Assembly: GCA_016748015.1 (NCBI GenBank)
Contig: JAAOMT010000352.1
Span: forward strand, 496,001 to 560,000
DNA: 64,000 bases
Source of the DNA: Geosiphon pyriformis uo1
Lineage: Eukaryota > Fungi > Glomeromycota
Reading direction: 5' to 3'
A model generated the notes under the pieces. That model ran no database searches and had not been told where the DNA came from. It saw only the letters and a program-made list of their open reading frames with translations. Positions 40,201 to 52,068 of this stretch are shown here, piece by piece. Each line of letters opens with the position of its first letter. Within the stretch, counting starts at the first letter, position 1. The position numbers were made by a program, and so were the translations under genes.

Positions 40201-42300
40201 AATTGTTGACAATGAATGGTTCAAAAAAGCCAAAGCATTTTTTGATTATAAATTTTATAAGCTAATCATCAGATGTAATAAAAAGCCCATTGTGGTTAAG
40301 TACTGTTATTAGACAATTCTTCTAGTAACCAAGCAAAATCAAGAAGATGAGCAATTAAATAAATTAGATAATAAAGAAAGTGATAAAAAAGAAGATTAAG
40401 AAAAACAAAAAAAAACTGATAAACTTGCCTATATTATCTTCATTAGTAATAACAAGTTACTAGACAATGTTAAAGCTGATAAAGAAAGAATTATTATAAA
40501 TAACAAGTTAATCTGTTGGCTTTAGTATGATATTTTTAGAAAAACCTTCAATAAAAAATCTGGCAAAAAAGCAAAATACAGTTATTGGTAACATGACTCT
40601 TGTGCTTAGTACTAGTGTAATAAACCTTTGTATTTTCTTAGTGATGAATGCAAATCTTGCTTAATCTACTACAAAGATTGGAAACTCATTAGCCTAATAC
40701 CAAGAAAAAAACTAAAAGAAGTACAAAATATTTTTAAGAATGAACCATTTGAAATCTAATCACTTACAGTAGAACAAAGAAAACCCTTCTCTAAAGAAAA
40801 AAAAGTAGATATTGAAAATCTGTTGGTTAGAAATAACCCAGTTATCTTAAAAAAAGGTAATATCTTTGGACAAATCCATGTAATACAATACACTATTACC
40901 ACTAAAAAAACTTATCTCATTTATTTAAAGCTATATCAATTCAATTGACACAATAATAAGTTCATCAAAAAAGAAATAAACCAAATAAAAAACCTTGAAT
41001 TCATACAAAAAACCAAAAGTGAATGGGCTTTTCCAATTGTAGTAATATTCAAAAAAAATGAAACTTTACACTTCTGTGTTAACTATTGTTAATTAAATAC
41101 TATTATTATAAAAAATATGTATCCCACTCTTCAAAATTGATGTAATATTAGACAAATTCAATAGTGCTGCTTTCTTTTTAATCATTGACTTAACTACTGA
41201 ATTCTGGCAAGTAGAAATAGATCCAAAAAGCAAAAAAAAAACTGTCTTTATTACCAAGTACAGCACTTATAAATTTATAGTTATGTTTTTTGGTCTTATC
41301 AATGTCCCTTTTATTTTTCAATGCCTAATGGACAAAGTGTTTGAATCAGTAAAAAAAAACTTTGTTCTGGTTTATTTGGATAACATAATAATATATTCAA
41401 AAACTTAAAATGAACATCTAAAACATTTACAAAAGATTTTTGACCTCCTTAGAAATGTTGATCTCAAGATCAATCCAATCAAATTTTTTTTTGGATGACA
41501 ATCCATCTAGTTCTTTGGTTATCTTATTACAAAAAATAGAATCTTTCCTAACCCAGCTAAAGTTAAAAAAATCCAGAACATTAGACAACCAATGAATGTT
41601 TCTGAATTACACTCTTTCCTTGGTTTGGCTTCTTACTATCACAAATTTATCAAAAATTTCTTCAAAATTGCTTTTTCTCTTAATTAGCTACTCAAAAAAA
41701 ATGTCAATTATCACTAAGGCACTCATCAACAAAAAGCTTTTGAAACTTTAAAGAAAAAACTTGTTACTGAACCAATTCTTAAACAACCTAATCTGGACCA
41801 ATCTTTTATCTTGCATATTGATACATCTGACTATAAACTTGGCACTGTTCTCTTACAAAAAAATAAAGATGACAGGAAATATACTATAGTATATGCCAAT
41901 AGATCCTTCACACTAGCAGAAAAAAACTACTTAATTATTAAACAAAAATACTTAATAATAGTTTGGGCTACTAGTTATTAAAATCAATATCTTCTTGGTA
42001 TAAAATTTCTAGTGGTAACAGATCACCAAGCCTTGATTTGGCTATGCAACAAAAAGAAGCTAAAACATAATTAAATAACTTACTAAATACTCCATCTGGA
42101 TAAATTTGACTATAATATTCAATATTGCAAACAAGCTAATCATTAAAATACCAACACTTTCTTTAGACTTACCATCCAATGACAATATAATCTTCTTAAA
42201 CCAAACCAACTTAATTATTAGTAACTTTCTTATAAACAAACATGATAATAAACTTGGATAACTATTCTGTCTTAATAAAATTTTTGGGTAAAGGACAATA
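37223..42300 (+). mobile_element. Ty3/Gypsy family B, 3'-truncated (5' LTR 37223-37899, PBS, gag, CCHC, PR, RT, RH)
   Basis: PBS aaaagtagtgctctctg; gag QDPIEWLDDFERA; knuckle CYHCELTGHFSRDC (39293-39334); PR LILDSGLSVSII; RT YLDN ~41373; RH IDTSDYKLG. Confidence 0.88.
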
Positions 42301-42955
42301 CTCACTAATATTTAAAATATGCTGTGTTGAAGTTTGATTACTCTTAACATAAATTGTGTCATCAACAAAAATATTTACAGCAAAAAATAACATTTTTTCT
42401 TTACTGTTTTCTATCTTGCTAGTTCTGGCCACAAATTTAGCATTAATTTAATACTCATATAAATGTTTATGTCTTTTGACTTTACACAAGAAAAAATTGT
42501 AAAAAATTATTTAAAGAAAAAGAGAAAAAAACTTACTCTAATCCAGTCTATTATGTACTTTGTATTTATTCAAAAGCCCAAAATTAATTATTATATATAT
42601 TGTCAAAAAACTTAATAACTGATTACATATCTTAATATATTACAAGTTAATTCTTAGATAATATTATCTAACTAAGTTATAAGCTTTGCACATATCTTGT
42701 AAAACCAATTAGAGTTTTTTGTTTTTTTATAGCATTTTTAATCACTAAATCAACAATAAAAGCAAAAAACTAAGTTGAAATATTTTTTAACACCAAAAAA
42801 TAAATATAAGTTCAATAAATTCAAAAAACATTTTATTATAACTTTACTACAATGCTTTTATAGTTTATTAGATATTTTAAAAAGTCTAACAGTCTTGTTA
42901 TTAAGCAAACCATTAATTAACAAAACCAATTTATCCATGTTAATTTCTTTTATAA
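42301..42955 (-). mobile_element. Degenerate LINE RT fragment with internal deletion
   Basis: Decayed LPNNK.VGL..ISN.L.KH, LVLQDM.KAY, GLD.G, FVDDTI.V. Confidence 0.75.
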
Positions 42956-43720
42956 TATTATGGATTAGAGTAACAAGTTAACAGATAGCAAAGAAAAACA
43001 AGATTGTAGAATAATAAAAGGAATCAAAAGGAATTCAAAAAGTGAATTGAATGAATATGAATTTAATATGTGAAATTAGTCTCATAAAATATCTCAGTCG
43101 CTATTTTTTTTAAAAGATAACCAGAAAATCTGAAAGTAGAGAAATAATCTGTATTGTTAACAAATAATTACATTTAGTATAATTCTATGTCTCACATTGG
43201 TGCTTTTGAAATTCAATATCAGGTATTAAATGTACTCTTCAATCATGTTTTATTCAATAATTTTCAAATACTACAATTATACATTTTTAGGAAAAGGTAG
43301 GAAATAACCAACAAGTAATCTTTTATCTTAAGATGTTCAGATACTTGAAAGTAGAAAAAAGAGAAATTAGCAATAAGAGAAAAATTGAGATGAAAGTTGT
43401 TATTTTATTTCTTTGATTTCTAACATGTTTTGTATTCTGATATGCTATTTTACAGCTAAGAAATTTATTGTTTATATAGCTATCAAAAGTGGTTAATAAT
43501 CAGGTCAATAATTAGATTAATAATCAGGTCAATGATCAGGTTAATGATTAGGTCATTAATCAGGTCAATAATCAGGTCAATAATCAGATTAACAGTCAGA
43601 TTAATGATCAAGTTATTAATTAGGTCAATAATTACTATCTAAAATAGGGTGGCCAATTATATGATATTAATAACTAATACATGTAATAACTAATAAAAAG
43701 TGTGAGTTTCAACCATAATA
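42956..43720 (-). repeat. 3' LTR family B with expanded 12-bp tandem array (~43493-43630)
   Basis: tattatggattagag...aaccataata; PPT adjacent (rc ttagagagaataa). Confidence 0.85.
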
Positions 43721-44560
43721 TTATTCTCTCTAAAGAAATTGAGCTTTGGCAAAATCAAGCTATTCATAAGATAATCTATTTAAAAAGTTTTGTCTAATTC
43801 AAAACTAACTAATTTATTAAAGTTTTTGGTGAATAAGGTGTATAATATTTGAGATGAAATAAGTTTCATATCCAAAAAACCAAATCTTTGTATTAGAGTT
43901 TTGGCTCTTTTAGCAATAGTTAAAACTCTTGGGATATTTAATTGTATAATGTTCAAAATTTCTGTCTGTATCTCTAAAGTTGTTTTTTTCATTAGTTTCA
44001 TGTCCTCAATGATTTTACCAAGACAACCATAAAGTTCTAATTGTCTTTCATATGACAAGTTTTTGTCTATAGACAAGATTTTTTGAAGTGTTTTTCTAAT
44101 TGTGTTGAAAGGTAAGAGTATAGCTGCTATTATACTTTCTAACAGATATTTATTTATTTTGCTACCAATTTTTTCTCTTCTGGTAGTGATTTTTTTGGGT
44201 TTAATAATAGTATGTGTTCTACTGTTATCAGTTATGGTGGTTTGTTTTCCAATAGTCAGAGTAGTATTTGAATAGTTTTTGATCCAATATTCATAAAGAG
44301 TATAAAAGACATTTTGAATGTTTTAATTCAGGAAATAATTATATATGTTAATTGAAGATACCTTTGTTTTGGAAATAATGCATTTATTTATACTTGATTT
44401 TTGCTGATTATTTGAGTTAGTATTACCATAACAGACAACCAATCAGATCATTTATGATATTTCTTAAGTCATGTACCATAAACAAAATAATTATTAAAGA
44501 TTGTTCCAAATTAATCTTGAAGAATATAAGAACTATTATTCAAAATTTTGTTGATTAAAA
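43721..44560 (-). pseudogene. Family B integrase tail + extra 3' ORF
   Basis: ORF 43780..44076; colinear with 1495-2008 plus 12722-13030. Confidence 0.75.
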
Positions 44561-45883
44561 TGTCCTATACGCTAGTAACACTGATGGAATAAAGAGATCC
44601 CATTCTTGCTCAAAATCAGTTGAAACTTTGGCTAATGATTCACACAATATTCTGTTGAACTGTTTTACCAGTCCATTTGTTTGTGGATGATAGGGTGAAG
44701 ATAATGGTCTCTTGACATTAAATCATCCACAAATTTCCTGAATTAAATTGTTCATGAAATGTGTTTCTTGATCAGATAAAAGTTCTATTGGGCATCCATG
44801 TCTACAAATGATGTCTTCATAGATGAAATTTGCTACTGATTTTGCATCTGCCTATTGAATGGCTTTGGCTTTAGGCCATTTGGTGAGATAGTTTACGGCT
44901 ATTGCAATATAGTGGTTTCCTTGGTTTGTGATAGGTAGTGGTCCGACTAAATTGATACCAACTCTATCAAAAGGCTGTCCAACTTTGATTGGGTTTAAAG
45001 ATTCTGTAGGGCAAGTTCCTCCTCTTTTTTGACAACTATCACAAGATTTGACATATTCATGAATGTTTTTTTTCATTTGAGGCCAAAAGTAGTATTCTAG
45101 TGTTCTTTGGGTGGTGCTGTCTTTTCCGAAGCAGGCTGATGAAAGATCTGAGTACATGTTGTATAATATAGTCTCTTTTTCTTGTTCTTGTATTAATCTG
45201 AGTAATTTGTCTGGGTTTTTGAAATTTCGATAATAAATAATGTTTTTGTGTAGAAAATATTGTTTGGCTTGTTGTTGTAGTCGATGTTTTTCATTTGAAG
45301 ACCAATCTGTTGGGATTGTTAATGTTTCCAAATATTGTTTGAAATTGTTGTAGTTTTCCGAATTCATTGTTTGTTGGCTCTTTTGGTTGGTTAAGTTAAG
45401 TATTGGTTTTTGTGTTTTCCAATCTTGTCTCATTCTGGAGAGACATTCAACGTTGGTGTGGAGTTTTCCTGGTTTGTGATGTACTATGTATTGATAGTTT
45501 GCTAGAAATCCTGTTTATCGGATTTGTTTTGCATTCAGCTAAGTATTTTTGTTCTGAAGCCATTTGAGTCCAATATTATCAGTGATAATATCGAATTCTT
45601 TAGGCCTGAGATAAAGATTGAAGTGGTGTAGGGCCCAAATTACAGCTGTTGTTTCTAGTTCTGTGGCAGGGTAGTTTTTCTCAGCTGGTTTTAATGTTCT
45701 GCTAGCATAAGCAATTACTCGCTCATTTCCATTGTCATCTAGTTGTGATAAGATGGCACCAAAGGCAGTATACAAAGCATCTGTAGCTAGTCAAAATCAG
45801 TTGCTGAAATCCAGATAGACGAGGATTGGAGCTGTTGTCAGTTTTTCCTTGAGAATTTCAAAAGCTTTTTGGTGTTTGGTAGT

Positions 45884-46585
45884 CTATTTGTATTCAATAT
45901 TTTTGGTGGTGAGCTGGTTGAGAGGTTTTGCAATTTCCGAGAATCCTTTGATAAACTTCCAATAGTAGGATGCTAATCCTATGAATTCTCTTAATTCTGT
46001 AGTGTTTTGAGGAGTTTTGAAGTTTTTGACAACGCTGATTTTTCTAGGGTCTGGTTTAATTCCATCTTTACTAATGATATGTCCAAGAAAGGCCAAGCTT
46101 GTTTTTCCAAAGTAGTATTTTTCGATGTTGAGTTTTAGTCCTGCTTTTCGTAATCGTTGAAAAACTTCTTGCAGGTGTTTTAAGTGTAATTCGAATGATG
46201 GAGAATAAACATCAGTATCATCAAGATAAATGACTACTGATTTCCAAAGAAGTCCTTGGTACACAACATCCATTAATCTCTGAAATGTTGCTGGTGCATT
46301 GCATAATCCAAAAGGCATTACATTGAACTCGTAATTTCCGCCTTGGGTGGTGAATGCTGTTTTGGGGCGATCTTTGGGATCCATAGCAACTTGCCAGTAA
46401 CCACTTTCTAAATCTAGTGTTAAAAAGTATTTGGATTTTCCAAGGGCATCCAACATGTCATCAATCCGGGGAAGAGGGTAGGCGTTTCTAATTGTAACAC
46501 TATTGAGTTGTCGATAGTCAACACAAAATCGGATCTTCCCATTTTTCTTTTTAATTAGCACTACAGGTGAAGCCCAAGGACTCAT
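45884..46585 (-). pseudogene. pol: Gypsy reverse transcriptase (family C)
   Basis: SPWASPVVL, RFCVDYRQLN, LDLESGYWQ, MPFGLCNAPATFQ, YLDD, FLGH. Confidence 0.95.
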
Positions 46586-47264
46586 GGAAGGTTAGATAAG
46601 CCTATTGTTAAGCATTCGTTGTACTTTTTCTCGGATGAATTGGTGGCTTTCTGGAACAACTCAATATGTTTGTTGTCTTCTTGGTTTGGCATCTCCTGTG
46701 TAAATTTGGTGTTGGACCAAATCGGTTCTTCCCAAGTCATTGTTGTTTTTAGCAAAGATATCAGCAAATTCTGCAATTAGCTCTTTGAGCTGGGTCTGTT
46801 GTTGTGGTTTAAGTTGTCCTATATTGATTTGAGATAGTTTTTCCATGACAACATAGTAGTTTTCGGAGCTGGGATTTGGGTTGATTTTTGGTAATGAATG
46901 TCCAATAATTTCAGAGAAATTGGGGACTGTTTGGGGTAATTCTTGTTGGAATATATTACTGTGAATAACTCCAATTTCTAAATTATTTAATAAAATTATG
47001 GGGTAATTATTGGGGTTGTAAAAAGTAACTTGGACTTTCTTTGTTCCTTCTGGAATATAAATGTTTGGGATCAAAATATTATGTTCCAAGTAGACTTGTT
47101 CATTGGACTCAAAAATTTGTTGTGTGGTTGTTGGCTTTGGACAGGTGTAGATTTCCGGATGTTTTTCAAAGGGTGAAATAGTAATCAGTTGTGGAAGTCT
47201 TAGAATCTGGTGAGATTTGTTCTGTGTGTTAAGAGCTATATTAACTGGAACTGTGAATTGTCCA

Positions 47265-47700
47265 GTTGAACCAAAACCTTGGGTTCCTCTATCGCTTTTT
47301 CCTAATTGTTCTCTTTGATTGACTAGTTGCAAACCCGAAATGTAGATTAAGAGTAGGTAAATAGCTTGGGCAATTTTTTCAGCATGTTCGATCTTGAATG
47401 GTTTGTCAGTTTTGTTTTAAAGTATTACTGTAATGTCTTCAGTATATTCAGCATCGATTATTCCTCCTCTGACATTGATTCCTTTGCTTGCCAGAGAGGA
47501 CTGGGAGGTGATTTGAACCATTGCTCCTGGCGGGATTTCGAATGCAATTTTTAAGTTGATTTTTGTGAGGGATTTGGGTTTGAGAACAAGAGTATCCTTG
47601 CCTGGATATCTTAGGTCATATTCAGCATCAATTTTGTGTGCTTTTTCAGGTTTTATTTCTTGTCTGTTGTTGTTGAAGTATTTAAGTTGTAAGGCAGGCT
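47265..47700 (-). pseudogene. dut: Retrotransposon dUTPase (family C), one internal stop
   Basis: All five motifs: AHKIDAEYDL, QSSLA, GGIIDAEYTE, KIAQ, RGTQGFGSTG. Confidence 0.9.
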
Positions 47701-50700
47701 GATTTTCAATAAGGTAAATAGGTGTTGTTTCACTTTCTTTCATTGTTTCAGGTTCTTCAAATTCAATTTCATTCTCATCATTTTCACTGGGCAAAGGAAT
47801 ACTAAGAGCATAGCATTCAGGACCCCACTGTTCATTACAAGACATAATGCATTCTTTATATAGCCTAATGTTCATTTGCTCTAATTGTTGAATTTGAGCT
47901 TCTTAGGTTGGGTAGGTGTAACTTGCAATTTGGTGGTAGACTTCTACTTCATCTTCATAATTAAATCCAGCTAATTCCATGGTGTATTCAATGTATTCTG
48001 CTTTTTTCATTTGACGAACATCTTCTTTGGTAGCTTCATTAATTAATGCCATTGCTAGATCAAAAATCATCTCGGCATCATGGAGGTAGTGATAAAGTTT
48101 GTTGAGAGCACTATTGTATGCTGCATTAAAGGGTGTTCCTCTTTTTACTTTTTCTGAAATTGATAAAGCATATTAGCAGGTCTGATCGCAGACTCTGCCT
48201 CTCATGGCTACATCAATCCAATTGCATTCTTCTGGTAGCATATCTCCACAAGTCAAACAAGGGGTGTTATCCTATTTTCTGCTTCTTTTTATTAGATGGC
48301 CCCATCGTTCTCTGTGGCAAGTCTTGCAGTAATAACAAGTATGATTCTCATATTTTTCTTCAGGTGAAATGCAGGCTCCCATTGACGATAGTTTTTTGTA
48401 GCAGTCTTTACATTTAAGGGGAATATAAGGGCATTGTTTCCTTGGTTCGGGTTTTGAGTAAGGGATATTCCATCCAAAGGTTTCGGGTTTAGTGTATGGG
48501 GTAAAATGTTCTTGTTCTGTTTCATCGGCCCAGTTGGACGTTGATCCCAGAGCCATGAATGTTTCAATGAGAGGTTTTTCTTCTTCCAGTTCGAATTCAA
48601 AAGCTGGGGCTTTTTCAGAGTGTTTGTTGAATGTATCACAAATGGCAGGTACCTGGGCGTGTTGTCCTTGGTAAGAGATTGTTAACTCTTGTGTTTCCCA
48701 ATTCAGATTAGCATTGGCTTTTTGAAGCCAATTATTTCCGACGAGAGCTTGATACTGGGGTACATCCATTATAAGAACTTTGACTGGAATGGTGATTCTA
48801 TCAAAAGTGAACGGAAAATTGTCAATTTCTCTTACTGGGGTCTTTTTCATGCTATTGGCAGTGACAATTACTGTTTGAGCTGGTCGGTCAACATTTCTTT
48901 TTAACTGTTGCATTAATTGGTAGGTGATAATGCTTCCGGTGGATCCATTGTTTAGGATCAAGCGAATTGTCTTTCCTTCAACTTCGGCTTCAGTGTACAT
49001 GGCCATGATTGCTTTTTGTTCATTGGCAGCTGCATTGCTAAGCAGAAATGGTGACTCATTTGCTTCGAACTCAAAAGGGAATATATCTGAAAGGTTAGCG
49101 TTTTCAGCGATTCTGGCTGGTAGAATTGTGGTGGGAGTATAGAAAGAGTTTTGTTGTTGTTGTGCTGCAGCTTTACCTTCCGAGAGTGCAGTATGGTGAA
49201 AATCCTGTTCTTCCAGCATTGTTAAATAACTGGATTGAGTGTGGTAGTGGTTGGGTCTTGGTTGAGTGGTATTTTGGGAAACCAATTGGTTGTTCAAACT
49301 GATTCTATTGTTGTTTACTTGGTTTTGTGGTGTGAATTGATTTTGTGTAATCAGTTTTTGAGCAGGTACTTGATAATGTTGTGTGGGTGGTTGTTGGTAT
49401 TGCTGTTAGATTGGCTGTGGGACTGGCTAATAATAGTTATTTTGATATTGGAGTCTTGGTAGATAGTAAGCTGGTGGTGGTAGTTGATAATAAGATTGCT
49501 GTGGTAGAGGATAACGTTGATTACTCCTATTTTGTTGGTCTCGTTGTAGCTTTCTGCAATCTTTTTTCCAGTGGCCAGAGATTTCACAGTAATGGCAATT
49601 CTGAGGCTGGTTATTGGAAAGTGGTGCAAAGTTATTTTGATTTCGTCTTTGGGGTGGTTAATATCTTTGGGGTTGCTGTTGTTGTTGATTGGTGAAATAG
49701 TTTTCAACCTTTTTTGTGAGTTGGTCAATTTTTTCCTCAGCTGCTGAGCTGGTTTCTCCAATTGCCAAATTTACAAGTTTTGTGTGGTTGGCCTCTTCCA
49801 TGGCCATTTTGTATCTTTTCGCATGCTGTATGGCAGAGTTTAAATCTTCTGGTGCATGTGGGCAAACCTTTTTAATTAGTTTATCTTTTAGACCAGCGAT
49901 AAATTGATCCAAGATTTGAGCATCAGAATAATAATTGTTTGTTTTGAGTTGGTGAATTTGTCTGAGAAGTTTGTTGAATTTCCCAATATAAGTCATAACA
50001 GATTTGGAGGGTTCTTGTTTAATATTTCGAAAATGATTGCGAAGGGTGATGGAGGTATTATTGTTAGTGAACTGTTCAAGAAAGGCTGCTTTAAAAGCAT
50101 TCCAATCATTGAATGGGGCAGCCAAGTTTTCAAACCATTCTCCTGCTGTTCTTTTGAGAAAGTAGGGAATTGTTCTTAACATTCTGGCAGCATTCCATCC
50201 ATTTGTATCTCCCGCTTTAGTAACTTGGTCGAGCCATTCTTGGGGACTGGTCTTAATGTCTTCTTCATTAAATTCAGGGATTTTTGCGATGTATGTTGTC
50301 ATTTTGTTTTCTTTGTTTTCACTGTCTATTGATTCTTTTTCAGATATTTCTGGTTCGTTTTCTTCGTTTGCTGCTGTCTCAGAGTGTTTACTTTGATTTT
50401 CAGCTAGAAAGTCAAGGAAATTGGAACTAGTTTGAAGGGGTTTTTGTTGTCTGATGGGATTTTTGAGTGATGTAAAATCTTCTGGTCTTGCAAATCAATT
50501 CAAGGGTGAATTAGGTGTTTGTGCTTGTGCAAGTGAAATTGGAAAAGGTGTGATAGTAAGTGGAAGTTTTGAACTGGTTCCTTGTTCAGGTGTTTGTAAA
50601 TGGTTGGCAGTTGTTTTTGGTAGTGTTGGAGTATTTGGGGTGGTTCTTGAGTATTGCTTCAATTTGTTTTTGCCTTTGTTGCTTGTTTCTGTTTCCAATT

Positions 50701-51063
50701 CAAAATCAATAGTGTATTGAGACTGCACTGGATATGTCTCTTCACAGTATTTGATAATGTTAAAATTAAGTTCATAAAAGTAAGTGGCAAGTGTTTTGCT
50801 GTTAAGGTCTTCAGTTCCTAACTGTGAATAGTGTGCTAAATTATTGTAAAGATTGCTTCTAACTTCTAAGATATTGTAATTTCTAAAAAGATAATTGTTG
50901 ATGCGGTTTTCAATGTATTGGTATACTGATTTCTTGACAACTTCAATTCCGTCTGGAATGTTGAATCTTTGCTTGCAGTGGGTGTAAATTGATTGGTAAT
51001 ACTCTAGAGTTGTTGCATCTGGTGTGGTTGCCACTTTGAATTTGTTGTTGCTGTGTTATTTTC

Positions 51064-51079
51064 ATGGGAGAGCACCAAA
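51064..51079 (-). promoter_or_regulatory. Primer-binding site, family C
   Basis: TTTGGTGCTCTCCCAT immediately 3' of the LTR; complementary to a tRNA 3' end ...GAGAGCACCA. Confidence 0.8.
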
Positions 51080-52068
51080 TGTTACCAGAGGTTTTTTGGT
51101 CTTTTTTCTGTAATGTTGTTGATACTTGTTTGCTGTGAATTCACGTTTTTTGGATGTGGTTGAACCTCCAGTAACTGAATTTTAATTTCAAATTATCTCC
51201 TATAATTTGAACTGTTGGGCTTATAAGTGAAATGGCCAATTCCTTGCCAGTTACTTTATGTAGTTATGTTGTAGTAAATGTCAACTCTTTCTCAGGAATT
51301 GCTTGTCTGGAAGCTCACTAAAAATATGTGTAGTTACTTTGCTGTGAAAGTCAACTCTTTTACAGGAATCTCATCTGTAGGCTACCTTAATGATTGTAAT
51401 AAGAAAAGAAAAAAAAAAGAAAAATAAAAGAAATGTAAAAGAAATAGGATTTTATCAAGAGAAACGTTTTCGATCCAGGCTTGGAGTCACTAACAGTTTA
51501 TTGAAATTGGTAGCTAATCAATTTCAAAACATTAGTTGAGTTTTGGGGATTTTCCAAGTGTAATAATTAAAGAATTTGGTTTTTCGAATTATTTGATATT
51601 TATTTCTTTTGTGTATGTAGGAATGGTTCTAAGTGATAAATCTAAGGTAAGATACATTTTTTCAAAGAGAGAAGCTCTTTTTTTTATACAACTTGTCATA
51701 ACACTATTTTATGAACTTGAACTTTGCTATTTTCTACAATTTTGCTGAACTCAAGATACATTTTGGCAAACTACAAGTTATTTCTGCAAACTATTAGATA
51801 TTTTGGTAAACTATCAATTATTTCAGCAAATTTCTATAAATTTTGGCGAACTTTTGAATGTTACATAGTTCGGGGTATTGCATGATTGATCATCACAATT
51901 AGGTTACATTTGTGTTGTGTACAATTTGAGTTATTAATTAAATGATAATTTCGGACATTTTTGCTAATGTAATAAGTGATAATTTGAAACGATAATATAT
52001 GCTAATTAATGATAGGAATTATAAAATAGTTTCATGTTAAATGATATCTCTAATTTCGTCTGGTAACA
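51080..52068 (-). repeat. 5' LTR, family C
   Basis: 10-bp terminal inverted repeat; homolog at 14574-15538. Confidence 0.9.

Larger units (their letters stand above)
44561..52068 (-). mobile_element. Ty3/Gypsy family C, best-preserved copy: 5' LTR, PBS, gag, CCHC, PR, Cys-rich insert, dUTPase, RT, RH, IN core (3'-truncated)
   Basis: LTR 51080-52068 with TGTTACCAGA/TCTGGTAACA termini; PBS tttggtgctctcccatg; ORF fragments 50495-51034, 49658-50302, 48272-49297, 47417-47875, 46661-47332, 45884-46585 (YLDD), 45539-45775, 44852-45433. Confidence 0.93.

Noticed and set aside
42340-42362. aacataaattgtgtc resembling an inverted copy of the Tc1 end at ~52925-52945
   Set aside because: It lies in LINE RT coding sequence (FVDDTI.V) and no Tc1 C-terminus follows; coincidental.
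43493-43630. Repeat array as CRISPR, or AGGTCA as nuclear-receptor sites
   Set aside because: No spacers, eukaryotic LTR context, and fungi lack classical nuclear receptors.
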